Source: Sminthopsis crassicaudata
Taxonomy: Eukaryota
Reading direction: 5' to 3'
NCBI RefSeq assembly: GCF_048593235.1
Contig: NC_133619.1
Coordinates: forward strand, 583,351,963-583,415,962
Length of the DNA stretch: 64,000 bases
The stretch's first letter is position 1. Each line of letters opens with the position of its first letter. The translations under genes and the position numbers were made by a program. Shown piece by piece: positions 50,843-63,886 of this stretch. The notes under the pieces are model-generated. The model did not search any database. It saw nothing but the letters and a program-made list of their open reading frames with translations, and was not told the origin of the DNA.

Positions 50843-52545
50843 CTTCTGGTTACCCTAGCACAAGCTAAGTCTCCATAACCTACTTTTGACACAGATTTTA
50901 CTCAAAATTTCTATTCCTCGTACCACCACTCTGCCATGCATTTTTGTATATACCTTTGTCAACCTCTAAGATTTGGATTACTTGCCCTGTGAATTTTCTC
51001 TGATATCCATAATGCTGCTGTAGAAATGTAGAGTTGTGAAGATTTGGCTTTTACTAAATCCATTTCATTTACCATCTAGTGGGCATTCCCTGCTTCTCAG
51101 AAATCATAGTATCTTTGACTCTGACTGATAAAAACTCTTCCCCAAATAGCTCAAGTCCTTTCTCTAACCCTAGATACACCCTGCTTTTTGCCAATGAGCA
51201 CACATGCAAAAGTCATCTACTATGAATTCTTTCATTTATTTACTACTAACTAATGTTTCCTCTCAGGTAAATGACCTTTAAAGCTTTTGATCTCAGTCAT
51301 ATTATTTGTAGAATGCAGCAACTAGCTAGATGATTTCTAAGATTATTTCTAGCTGTAAAATTCAAGAATTCTCCCTATTTATTCTTCAAGATGTGAGCAG
51401 ATGGCTGAACTATTTTTTTTTTTTTTAGTAGAGGAGATGTATATGTATATCTGTGTTGCAGAAATTTGGATGTATCAAAAGAAAATACATTGATACATTT
51501 TTTTAAAAACTGTTTATTTATAATCAGAAGGCATTTCAACCTAAACACTACTTTATACTTCTGTCAAATCCTGGAGAAAAAGCAATGCAAATCTCCTATC
51601 ATCAGAATGGTAATTAAGTTATATGTACAGTAAAAATTAATCTCATCCATTATTCTTATTTATGCCACAAAATAAGTAATATCACATCTATGTTCTTATG
51701 TATCCCCTTTCCTCCCTTTAGTAGCTAAAAACCTCATTATATTTTTCCCAGAAAATACTGAGGCCATTCAAAGAGTGTTCTTTCTTCTGCTCTCCTTTTT
51801 ATTTTATATCCCTTAGATATTTTCCCTCCATTACCCATTCTCACATGGAGATGTGGCCACTCTCTTTACAGAGGCCAGCATTTCTTTATTAATCTGTGTT
51901 CCTCTCCCCTACATATTCTCCAGCAAATTTCTCTTCAATTTATTCCTGTCTACTCCCATTCTTCCTTCCTCACTCACAATCATTCTCATCTCAGTTGATA
52001 AATGATTTTCCTAATGTGCATGTCTGATGAAGTCAGCCCCAAAGCAGCAAATCCCATCTCTTCCTTATTGCCTCTAGGATGAAAGCTAAAGTCTTCGGTT
52101 TGGCCTGTAAAGTACTTTCATAACCTGGTCTCTGCCCTTCAGGTCTTCTACATTTGTAACTCACCAATATTCTATGATACAGATATACTAATCTAATCGT
52201 TATTCCTCTGACACAATACTTTATGTCTGTTTCTTCACTGTCTGTTCCCCATGCCTGTAATGCTTCTCTTCCTCACATCTACTTTGTAGTTTCCTAGGTT
52301 TCCTTCAAGATTCAGGCCAAATATTATTTACTTGAGGAGGATTTTTTCTGTTCTTCCAGTTGCCAGTATATTCCCCTTTGAGATTACTTTCACCTATTCT
52401 GTAAAAATTGTGTATGTACAAAATTATTTATATATTTACATTATAATATAATCTTCTTAAAGGAAGAGACCATGTTTTTGCCTTTCTTTGTATCCCCAGG
52501 AAACAATGCATGTCAAAAAATAAGTACTTCAAAAATGCTTCTTGA

Positions 52546-52874
52546 ACTCTGGGAGATGACTATGAACATAGAATTCCCAATCCCTCTATTTTTGTCTGTC
52601 TGCATTTCTGATTTCCTTCACAGGCTAATTGTACACTATTTCAAGTCTGATTCTATTTATACAGCAAAATAACTGTTTGGACATGTATACACATAGTGTA
52701 TTTAATTTACACTTTAATATATTTAATATGTATTGGTCAACCTGCCATCAGGGGGAAGGGGTGGGGGGAAAGAGGGGAAAAGTTGGAACAAAAAGTTTTT
52801 CAATTGTCAATGCTGAAAAAATTACCCATGCATATATCTTATAAATAAAAAGCTATAATAAAAAAGTAAATTTA
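52546..52874 (+). mobile_element. 5'-truncated L1 3' end with 15-bp TSD
   Basis: AAAAATGCTTCTTGA at 52531 and about 52875, with L1 3'UTR and A tail between. Confidence 0.85.
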
Positions 52875-55556
52875 AAAAATGCTTCTTGAGTAATTGATTG
52901 CCTATGCTCATTGTCTCCTCCAGTTGTAATAAGAAACCCTTCCTCTCCACATGGAAAAATTCATTTAACACACTATATCCAATTAACCTACCTCAAGATC
53001 CCTGATATAGTTTTCTTCAGTTGTGCTTTCTCTAATCAATATCATTATTCTCTCCTTCCTTGATCTTTATCCTCAGTCTTCAAACATGTATAGTGCTTCT
53101 CTGAGTGGAAAAACACTGTACTTAAGCCAAATATTCCCTGTACACACTATCTCATTTCTTCTTTTTTTGCAGTGAGTAATGAGTTTCCTTTCTGATACCT
53201 ATTAAAAAATGTTTTCTCTAAGATCATCAATATGGAAAAGAGAAAAAGAAAAAGTGACCTGTCATATCAAAGGCTTTTCTCCATTCTAATTTTCCTTGAA
53301 TTCTCAAAATTCATTGACACTTTTAATTCTCCATTTGTTATTTCTCATTCTGGTCCAACAAGGTACAATGTTGTCCTTGAAGTTAGAAGACATGGGAATC
53401 AGGAGTCCTACATTCAAATCTGTGCCTGGAGACTTATTAGACTATGAGAAAGTCTCTTAATTTCTCTGAGCCTTAATTTTTTTACCTGCAAAATAGAGCT
53501 TATTCATGCTAATATTGCCCATTTCATGAACTTCCTTTAATAAAGTAGACTATAACCTATAAAGCACTAATTCATGTTAATGTCCTATCATGATCTTTCA
53601 TCAAACTTAACCTGAACTAGACACTCTCTAGGTTTATAAAGGTGATATCAGTATAGCTGAATCTCCATTTGGTCTGTATATGGTGGTAGATTCTATATTT
53701 GTTATCAAAGGACAAGTTTCTCTCAGTTCAGAAAGAATTCATGAGTAGGCTGGCTGCTAGGAGATAGATAAGATATCAAGACTCAGCATCTTTCTACCAA
53801 CTTGTGAAAGGAAGACAATTCTATAAAAGGAGGAAGTTCTTAGACTACAAAGTTTCTCAAGTAATGAAGCATTTACTGTTTTTATTATTGTTGTTATTAT
53901 ATTTAAGAAGTCCTCAATATTAGTTTTTGATATTCTTCTTTTCTTTTTCTCCAGAGAGATAGAGGAAAGGGAAATGAAGATGGAGACCCATGGGAAGAAG
54001 AAAAATTAAATAAAGAAAGGGAATACATAAATGATAACAATTCAAATTTAAATAACACTCCAAAGCTTACAGAGGACTTGTTCAACAATTCTGAGTCAAA
54101 AAGCACACGTATTATTATTATTCCCATTTTACAAATTATTATCTATAAAGACTACCTCCTAAGGAAATCCATTCAACTGATGGACAGTCTGACCATTCTA
54201 TATAACTTATAAATAAACAAAATTTGTCACCAAAATGCCCAGTGTTGTCCTCTGATCATTAAACTTCTTCCATACAACAAATTTTCCAATAGCTGAAAAA
54301 AGTTATCTCATCTTCCCTCAGGAATAGTATTTATAAAGAAAAAAAAAGAATAATGGAAAAACAGAGAGAAGAATGATAAAGAATTCTTTAAAGAATGATA
54401 AAATTATCACTAAGTACTTAAGCTTTGATTTTTTTTTCATTGATTACTGATTCAATTTTGCTCAAACTTATGTTTGTAAATGATTCTTTGAGGTTTTAAA
54501 ATGGATGCTGTGTTTCAGCTTGTTTAAATAAAGGTACTTTTCAGTCTTAGAAAAGGCAGGGACAGAATGTTGTAATAATTAGTGTAGAGGATTATAGAAA
54601 CCTCAATAAAAGTTTCCCTTTTAGAGGAATGGGAGCCTTTCTGGTGATTCTGATGCCATGTTGCTTAACCAACATGCATATTCTTCATTATGTATATTTG
54701 TGCCTTTCAAAAAACTGACAATATTCCATCTTTGGCCTTATTATGACAGAAAACAGTGGACCAACCATAGACCAGAAAAAAATAAGGCCAGCAAGCCAAT
54801 AAGCATTTATTAAATTTGTTGTCAGTCTGGCTCATTGTGTGCCCACCATTATACTGAGTCCTGGGGATAAAGTTACAAGTAAAAAGAAAAATGCTACCTG
54901 CCCTCAACTAGTTTACATCCTAAGGGGAAAATACAAAACACAAATCACTTGGGTTGAGATGAACAAAGCACAAAGTCAGGACCAAAACTGAAATAGGAAT
55001 GGAGAATGGCAGGTCTGGGTCCACCCCCTAAATGGAGGTCCAAGAGAACCTCACTAATGGGCCAAAGAAGCCAACATGATCAAGAGAGGTTTCAGATGAG
55101 GCAGCAGTTGAGTCACAGTAACAAAATCTAAAAAATTAAAAGCAGGGCTGGGAAAATAAGCCTCTGAAGCAGCAAAGGGTCCATAAGAATGGTAATATTT
55201 AATTCTCCAGACTCCTCCTATCTTAAACTCTAGAAATGATCATTTAAATTGACCTCTTTTACTCTGAACTCTTTGAAATACATAACCCTACAAAATAAGG
55301 AACAAATCAGATTATGCAGGATATCTACCTCCCCAAAGTTCAGGAACACTTAAGATGAAATGGTCTCTTTGTTCCAAAGTTCTTATCATTCACATTTCAC
55401 TAAACAGTTCTTTTGTTTAAGTTGAAAGCAGGATCATAATAGCTTTTTCCTTTACATTATCTACCTTGTGAAGAGTGAAATTAACCAAAAGGCAAAGACA
55501 AAAATGCTTCTTTCAGACCAGAAAGACCATCATAATCTTATAGGATTATAGAAGTT

Positions 55557-56285
55557 AACTGGGCTTATATCCCAAAAAGATATTAAAAGGAAAGGCACCT
55601 GCATGTGCAAAACTGTTTGTGACAGCCCTTTTTGTAGCGGCTAGAAACTGGAAGTTGAATGGATTCCCATCAATTGGAGAATGGCTGAATAAATTATGGT
55701 ATAGGAATGTTATGGAATATTATTGTTCTGTAAGAAATGACCAAGCAGAGAGGCTTGGAGAGACTTACATCATCAACTAATGCTAAGTGAAATGAGCAGA
55801 ACCAAGAGATCATTATACACTTCAACAACAATACTACATGAGAATCAATTCTGATGGACATGGCTCTCTTCAACAATGAGAGGATCCAAATCAGTTCCTG
55901 ATTGTTCAGTAATGAAGAAAATTAGCTACACCCAGAGAGAGAACAATGGGAAATGAGTGTGGACCACAACATAACATACAATCTTTCTGTTATTGTTTGC
56001 TTGCATTTTTGTTTTTCTTCCCCAGGTTATTTTTATCTTCTTTCTAAATTTGATTTTTCTTGTGCAGCAAGATAACTTTATAAATATGTATACATATATT
56101 GCATTTAACATGTACTTAACATATTTAACATGTATAGACTACCTGCCATCTAGAGGAGAGGGTAGAAGGAAGGAGGGGAAAAGGTGGAACAGAAGTTTTT
56201 TCAAGGGTCAATGTTGAAAAATTACCCATGCATATATTTTGTCAATAAAAAGCTATATTTAAAAAAAGAATTTTTAAAAAAGTAT
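55557..56285 (+). mobile_element. 5'-truncated L1 (end of ORF2 plus 3'UTR)
   Basis: ctgggcttatatcccaaa..cccatcaattggagaatggctgaataaattatgg..G-rich tract and A tail. Confidence 0.85.
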
Positions 56286-57859
56286 TATAGGAGTTAGGGA
56301 TATTGAAACACATTATATTTTAAAGTCTGGTCTGGGACTCAAGAAAATTAGTCTTCAGATCCTGAATTTGACACACTTTACTTATGTGATCATGTGAAAA
56401 CTGAACCTCCGTTCTCTCATCTGTAAAATGAGAGGTTGCCTTTAATGCCCCTTCTCACCATAAATCTAAGATACCATAATTATGTAGTCCAACCTCCTTG
56501 TTATACAGATAAGTATACTTCCTTCTTACTAGAAAGCAAAGGCAGAATCCAAACTCAGGTCTAACACCAAATCGAATATCCTTTCTATTATACTCATTTC
56601 CTCTTTAGCAGATGTCCAAATGGTCAATGAAGTCCCAAGACTCAAGTATATTCTGTGTCATTATCAGTTTGCTGATGCATTTGCAAGTCACTTCTTACAC
56701 AATTCTTCATGGCAAGACACCATAAGTCTAGTCTTAACCCATTACTGGTGTTTTTGGTCAGTCTGTGAGTCCTCGCCCCAATGTATGTGAGCATACATCT
56801 CATCTCATGGTCATGTGCTCTTATGCATTTATCTTCCTGATTTATGATGCCACCTAATTTTTCTTCCATTTAAAGGCAGAATATCCTTCCACCAGTACAT
56901 TAATTACAAGAAATATAGGGATCACAGTGACTTGACAGCTGTTTCCAAAGGCAAATAAGGATAAAGCTCCATTTCTCATATTGTCTGTGAGATCTTAACT
57001 TCTCAAGATGCTAGACAACTTTTTAAGTTGCAGAGAAAATTGCTGACCTTCTTTGGCAAAAAGAATGTCCCAATTTATGAGTGCTATATGAAATCACTTT
57101 TCCAGTCCTTTTCTTAATAATGTTTCACATACCAACAAATGTTAACTCTCTACCACTTTCTCTTATGAATTATGATTCTCAAGTGCTATTATTTTCTTTA
57201 TGTCAGAAGTTCTTAACCTGGACTCCATGAACCTAGATTTTCTTTAATATTTTCCTAACTGCACATCAATATAACCACTTTCCTTTTTAATCCTGCTTAT
57301 TTTATACATTTTAAAATATATTAAGAGGAGTACATAAGTTCCACTAGACTACCAAGGAGGTCCACAATGAAGAAAAAAAAAAATTCTAAGCAAAACCTCC
57401 TGTTCTCTGTATATTTCATGTAATGGTTATATCTAAGATCTTTTTCTCAACCTTCTCTTCTTTTTCAGTTTAAATTGAAAATATGACATATCTTTTGACT
57501 ACATTGCTTTTGCTTTCTGCTAGCAAAGAGATCCAAGAATAGGGAGGAGATATTCTATACTGATAGGTCTGAGAAGAATGAGAAAAGAAAAGTCTGAGAG
57601 ACAGAGCAGTCTGAAAAAATGTGGGAAGGGGAGAGAGACAGATATAGAGGCAAAGATACAGAGAAAGACAGAGCCAGAGGAGACAGAGACAGATAGGGAA
57701 AGAGATTTGCAGAAATCTGTCTGAGGTACAGAGAAAAGGGAATATTCAGCATCTGAGGAAGGATAGGCTAAGAGGAAGAGCAAGTTGGACCATGGTGAGA
57801 AGGAAGACTCAGTAAATGAGACTTAGTAAATGAAAAGAAGTAGAAAATAATGACCCTAT

Positions 57860-58614
57860 AATGATATTTCTCTGAGGCCATTTAATTCAGGACTCTGTCT
57901 CTTGACAGGATCATTCTTTCTTAGTGAGAAATGAATGTAACTAATCTTTCAAAACCTCCAGGATGGGAAATTCTGTGAACACTTTCCATGATTCATGGGC
58001 TACATCTCCTAGGGGAAACAGCAGTAACAGGACCTCCTGAACTTAGGATACTTTCCTTTTAACCATCAGTCTGATTCCAAAGTTCTCTGGGCCTACAAAC
58101 ATAGCTGACTGTCAAATAGATAATCTGCTGGGCATTGCATTATGCTCTGAATAAAATTATTATCCCCACACGCCCCCTCCCCCTTCCTTGCCATTAGGAC
58201 TGGAGGAATTGTGTCAGGAAAAACCTTGACTTACCTTTGAGTCATAAACTCCAAGTACTTTATCTCAATCCTTGCTGGGATAATTCCCAATCCTTTTGAG
58301 CATTGTCTCATTGTCTCCTGCACTCAACCTAATTATTTTAACCCTATTCTGTCAGGATTAAATTATGATCCTTTCCTGGAATCATGGCTTGTCTGCCCAC
58401 CCAGTATCCTTGCCCCCCTATAAGATTGTATACTCAGTTATGTATTCTGTTTGCCAACCCTAGGTAGGTAAAATCCTATATAAATTCCCAATCTCAGTTT
58501 CTCTGGGCAGAATGATTTTGAACATGAGTTCAATTCTGTCAGCTAGCCTAAAACTCTCCACATTAAAAGATTAAAAACCAATCTCTATCTTACCTCAATT
58601 TCTTTGGCATTACA
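57860..58614 (+). mobile_element. LTR-like element
   Basis: TATA-like cctatataaat near 58477, ATTAAA at 58562, ends CATTACA. The terminus is shared with 44865 and 42240. Left boundary uncertain. Confidence 0.6.
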
Positions 58615-59171
58615 GGTGATAACCAAATTCCTGAGTCAATAGTGAATAGAATATTCCTCAGTTCTACTTCTAGGCCATAAAACTAACATATCAATGACAA
58701 GAAGAACTGGATAAGTTTCTCTTCTATTCTTTTCAGAATTTAGCTCACTTCACTTGGCATTACAATGACAATAAACTTTGCCCCTTGACTATTCAGGTCT
58801 GCAAAATCTTTTGAGACACTTTTCTACACCAATCTGCCACTCCAACCTTTTAGGGTCTCCCTTCTGAATATCCACAATGACCACCATAAGTATCTCACTC
58901 AGTTGTTGAACTACAGGAATGTCCTATATCCCTTTCAATGTAGCTTCAGACCTTTCTCTTGTGTTCTATTTTTGAAATTCGCTATGTGAGATTTGAAAAT
59001 AGTAGAAAGACTGCCAGATATACAGTTAAGAGTCTACATTTCCAGGCTCTGTTACTGAAAAGCATGAAGACATGTCTTTCACGTAAGAGATTTGAATCAA
59101 AAAGGGTTATTTAGTAATTGGCCTCCTTGACTCAAAGTACTGTATTGAAGATCAAGTGAATTTGTGGAAGA

Positions 59172-59426
59172 AAGGTGTAGTGATGCACACCTACAGGTCT
59201 TGATACTGAAGAAGCTGAAACTGGTGGATCACTTAAGTTTGGGAGTTCTGAGATGCAGTACAACAGAAGCCCATCAAGGACCATGTTTGAACAATATATG
59301 AACTTTTCCAGATAAGAGGCCAGCAGGTTACATGAGAAGGGGTGAACTAACTCAGATCTGAAATGAAGCTTAGCAATGGGGTGGAGTAAATGACAGGATC
59401 TAGACAAGTAGATCCAGTCTCAAAAA
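59172..59426 (+). pseudogene. Degenerate 7SL (SRP RNA) retrocopy or 7SL-derived SINE
   Basis: Colinear with 7SL: ggtgtagtgatgcacacct, gaagctgaaactggtggatcacttaagtttgggagttctg, ccagcaggttacatgagaaggggtgaactaactcagatctgaaatgaagc. Ends gtctc plus A5. CpGs decayed. Confidence 0.8.
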
Positions 59427-59463
59427 TTGATTGATTACTAAGAAAAATAAAAGTCTTTGAAAA

Positions 59464-59610
59464 GGAGTAGTTAGGTGGCTCAGAGGTTAAAGCATCAGCC
59501 TTGAAATCAGGAGGACCTGAATTCAAATTTCACCTCAGACACTTAACACTCACTAGCTGTATGACCCTGGGCAAGCCATTTAACCCCAATTGCCTCAGCA
59601 AAAAAAAAAT
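59464..59610 (+). mobile_element. WSINE1-like SINE
   Basis: ggagtagttaggtggctcag..ggacctgaattcaaat..cagacacttaacact..ttaaccccaattgcctcagc followed by an A tail. Confidence 0.85.
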
Positions 59611-59795
59611 AAATAAATACAATAAAAATAAAACATTGTAAAAACAGATTGCAAAAATGTAAGTAATAGGTATTAATACTTAATATTCTTTCTCTCCTAA
59701 CCCCTCCTGTTCCCTTAGGTCAATAATTCAAGATTCTATTTGAGCCATTAGAGATCAACTCCACCCCAGTCCCTATACTCTTCATATTTACTCAC

Positions 59796-59965
59796 CTGCT
59801 TTCTTTATCAGCTGGGCTTTCTCTGCCCACATCCACAGAACCAGGCCTATGCTCTGCCTATCTAGTACCCCAATCTTCTTCCCCAGGGTAGTTGATACCC
59901 TTTGGGCCACCCTCCGCTACTGAGATATTTATAGTAACTCTGCACAAACAATGCCTCTGGGACTT
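59796..59965 (-). promoter_or_regulatory. Candidate promoter and first non-coding exon of the 49795-50742 OR
   Basis: On the minus strand: O/E-like TCCCAGAGG (59962-59954), TATAAA (59933-59928) and CAG|GTGAGT donor (59795). TCCCCAGGGT lies at 59879-59888. Confidence 0.45.
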
Positions 59966-61944
59966 CAGGCTGAGGCTTAGTAGTGACTCTTAAGGGATGC
60001 CTATATTCACAGGAAGCCTTTGAACTCACAGATCTTGGGGGTTGAGAGGGATGTCAGTGCTCCTCCCTTCTCTCCTTCCCAAGATTTCTAAGTTTTACTG
60101 CTAAGAGACCTTAGGAATCTACTAGTTTCATGCTCATATTTTAGAGAAAGGAAATGAGATGTGATGATAATTAACATTTATATAATGTTTTAACATTTAC
60201 ACAGCCTTTCAAATGCTTTTTTCTTTTTTGAGCCACCCAGGAAAAGTTTGAGTTCACAAGTCAAATCAATAAGCATTTATTTAGTGCCACTGTATGCCAG
60301 GCATTGTGTTAAGCACTGGGAATACTGGGGGGGGGGGGGGGGGAGGGAGAATGGTAAAAAAAAAAAAAATTTAGTTCTTACTCTCAGAGAGCTCACAGTC
60401 TAATGAGGAAGATAACAACTAAACAAAAATGTACAAATAAAATTCATATAGTAATTCTGGAATATAATAATAAATAATGGGAGCAGTCTCATAGGGAAGA
60501 TATTAAGCTTAAAAAGGACCCAGGAAGGGTACAAAGTACAATGGTAGATTAGAAGAAGGAATCCCAGCTGAACTCTCATCAATCACCTCCAGTGCACAGT
60601 AGCAGCAATATTGTAATGATAATCAACTGTGAAAGGCTTAGTTATTCTAATAGATACCTTGATCTAAGATAGTTCCAAAGAATTAATGATGAAAAATGTT
60701 ATCCCCTCAAGAAAAAGAACTGATGGACTCAGAATATCAATTGAAATAAAATTTTTTCACTTTTTTTTTTTTTTGCTTTTTTTTTTTGGTAGCATGGCTA
60801 ATATAGAAAATATTTTGCCTTATTTTACATGTATAATTTTTATCATATTGCTTATCTTCTTAGTGGGTGGGGGAAGGACTTGGAGAAAAGTTGAATATGG
60901 AACTCAAAATTTAGAAAGATGTTTAAAATAAATAAATAATTTAAAAGGATCCAGGAAAAGCTTTTTAAGAAGGTGGGATTTTGACTGAAACTTAAGGAAA
61001 ATTAGATTAAGATAAAAGATAAGAATGGGGAAAGAGAGTCCCAGCCCTGAGGGACATCGGATCTAAATGTCAAATTGGGAGATAGTGTCTTGTGAAAAGA
61101 ACTGCAAGGAGGCCAGTGTCACTGGATGAAAGGGAGTGAGGTATAAAAAGACTGGAAAGGTAGGAAGGGACTAGATCATGAAGGGTTTTAAAAGTTAAAC
61201 AAAAGTATTTTATATATCCTGGGGGGTTAAAAGGATTCACTGGAGTTTATTGAATAGGGGAAGGATATGATCATCCATTATTTTAGGAAGATAACTGACA
61301 ACTGAGTGGAGAATGGATTGGAGTGGAGAGATACTTGAGGCAAAAAGGAAGGGCAGGAAAAGGGTGACAGAAACAGAGACAGCCTGAGAGAAACTGAGAG
61401 AAAATGCATAACGCTCAAGTAGCTTCTGGATCTTCCTATTGCCATGTAAAAAGTCCAGATTTCTTTGTTTGGCATTTAAACAGTTCACAGTTTACTTACA
61501 AATGACATTTCCAGACTAAGGTCATATTACTTTCCCTTATAAATTTTGCTTTCAGTCACACTGACCTACTAAATTTCTGTATTTCTGACTGCATCTCCCA
61601 TCTCTGTGTTTTTGTACAGGAGGTCTCTCAAGCTTGAAATGCTGTTGACTTCCCTAGCTCCCTGAAGGTTAAGATCTGCCTCCAATAAGAGGATTTTCCT
61701 GAATGCCCAAGTTGTTGAATGCTCTGAATTTAATTTATATTTATTTTGTATATATTACATTTTTTTCCTTGTTTGAATTTTTTTTACCTGAGTCAAATAA
61801 AAACTCCTTGAAGAAAGGAATTTGTTTAATTTTTGTCTGTACCCTATAAGAATTTTTAACGTATTAAGAGTTAGGAAGAACTTAATTCAAATTCAGCATC
61901 AGACATTTACTAAATTGCTGATGTTGTGAAAGTAGTTTAATCTC

Positions 61945-62373
61945 TGTGTGGTACGGAAATGGTGAGGGAACACCATTTAATAAAAAAAGCTGGAGAGAGC
62001 TCTAGAGAAAAGCAAAGTTTATTGTACATTCTCGCGAGAAGGGCGTCCCACTCTTCGAGTAGACTATCGAAGAGAGGAAGCGCCTCCTGTGGGCAGGACA
62101 GCACCTTTAATCCCTAACGCAAAACGCCCCCTCCCACCACTGACCCTCATCCTCATTGGCTGAGAGTCTTACATTCTAAACGCGAGATCTACCCATGAAA
62201 TTGAACTTGACCAATAAGTACATAGTTGCCCATATTTGGATGAAATAGGGAGATGTCATAGGAGGGGAAGGCAATGCCCTTCAGAGTCCTTCAGGCCTAC
62301 TCGAACTCTGAAGTAGATGAAGCCTTACTCGATTTTCACAACTGTCTTGAAAGATCTCACCTCATCTCATTCA
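61945..62373 (-). mobile_element. Young CpG-rich solo LTR inserted in a MIR-like SINE
   Basis: TG...CA termini, with TCTC at 61941-61944 and 62374-62377. On the minus strand: CCAAT, GC box, TATA-like ATTAAA and AATAAA (62023-62018). Confidence 0.85.
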
Positions 62374-63886
62374 TCTCCATTTCCTCAAATTAAAAATGGG
62401 AATAATATTCTTTTTTTCTCAGGATGTTATGAAGAACAAAGGAGATAATATTTATAAAATACTTAGCATACAATAGGCATTTAGTAAATGCTTATATATT
62501 TTCTCTTTGTTTCCTATAAATAGATGCTTGATAAATTGAATCCATCAGGAAATAAATTCCTTAAGGGTAGGGACTATGTTTCATTTGGTGTAACAGATAT
62601 AGCACTGGACCTGGAGTTAAGAATAAAAAGCAGAGTTCAAATCTAACCTCAGACATCCCTGGACAGCTCATTTAATTGTTATGTACCTCAGTTTCTTCAT
62701 TCATATAAACAGAATCAATTAACTCTAAGGTCTCATTTAGCTCTAATTCTGTGATTATTTGGATTCTATAATTGTTTGGATTCTTAAGGCTTGGTATAGC
62801 ATAAGTACCTAGGTATTTGGAGTTAAATATAATTTTATTGAATCTAAATGAATTGATTTCAATTTGTACAATTCTCCATCCTTCAGAAAAAAAAAATTAA
62901 ATATTTGTTGTTCAGCTGTTTTTCTGTCATGGGTTTTCTTGACAAACATTTTGGAGTATTATGCCATTTTCTTCCCCTCGTTTTGAAGATGAGGAAACTA
63001 AGGCAAATAAGAAATGACAGGTTTAAGTATCTGAGGATGGATTTGAACTCAGGATTTCCTGACTTTAGGCCTGACATGCTATTCTGTATCCATCCATTGA
63101 TGATCATGATGATAGTGCGTGATCAATATTAATGATGAAGATAGGGAAAACTCAGATAATATAGGTCTGTCAAGGCCTTTTTCTTGTGTTGGCTTCTAAG
63201 AGTAAATTTTATTAAAGTCTCTGCCCTTTTCCTTTATCTCTTCTCTCTCATTACACTATCCATTGTTGACCATACCTATTTATACAACTTCAGTGATCAC
63301 TTCCATGTTGATAAATTCCATAGAAACACCCTATAAGCTCTTACACCACAATTCTAAAGATCTAATGAATATTTTTACCTGCTTATCCCATAGTGATTTT
63401 AAATTCCACATTTACAAAAAACGTCATTCTCATCCCTGACTTTCCACCCCACAAACACCAAAATAAAAGACCCCTGCCACTCTTCTTAATTGATTCATGT
63501 ATTGATACTATCAACTTCCTAGACTTCCAGCCTCTATGCCTGATGATCCTTTTCAATTCTTTATGTCTAATCAATGTTGTAGATCAGTACTTTTATAGCT
63601 ATAATATTTTTTATCTACTCTCTTTTCTCCACTCATTCAGTCACTACTTAAAACATGCCTTTCTTACATCAGTCCTGGACTATCGAAATCACTGTGTTCT
63701 AAGTTCAAAAGTTCCGTAGATATCTTCAGAGTGCAGTTCATGTATCATCACCTCCTGTTTAAAGTAATAATATTAAATAAATCATTGCTTGAATATAGGA
63801 TACTTCTGAAGAGTCTTCAGCATTTTGCCCATGGCATGTTCTAAGTCCCTTATCAATGTTTCCCCAAAGAGCACCTTGAGGATGGC

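Noticed and set aside
52751-52780. G-quadruplex-like tract (recurs in each L1 3' end; also G17 at 60327-60343)
   Set aside because: A known L1 3'UTR feature or a homopolymer.
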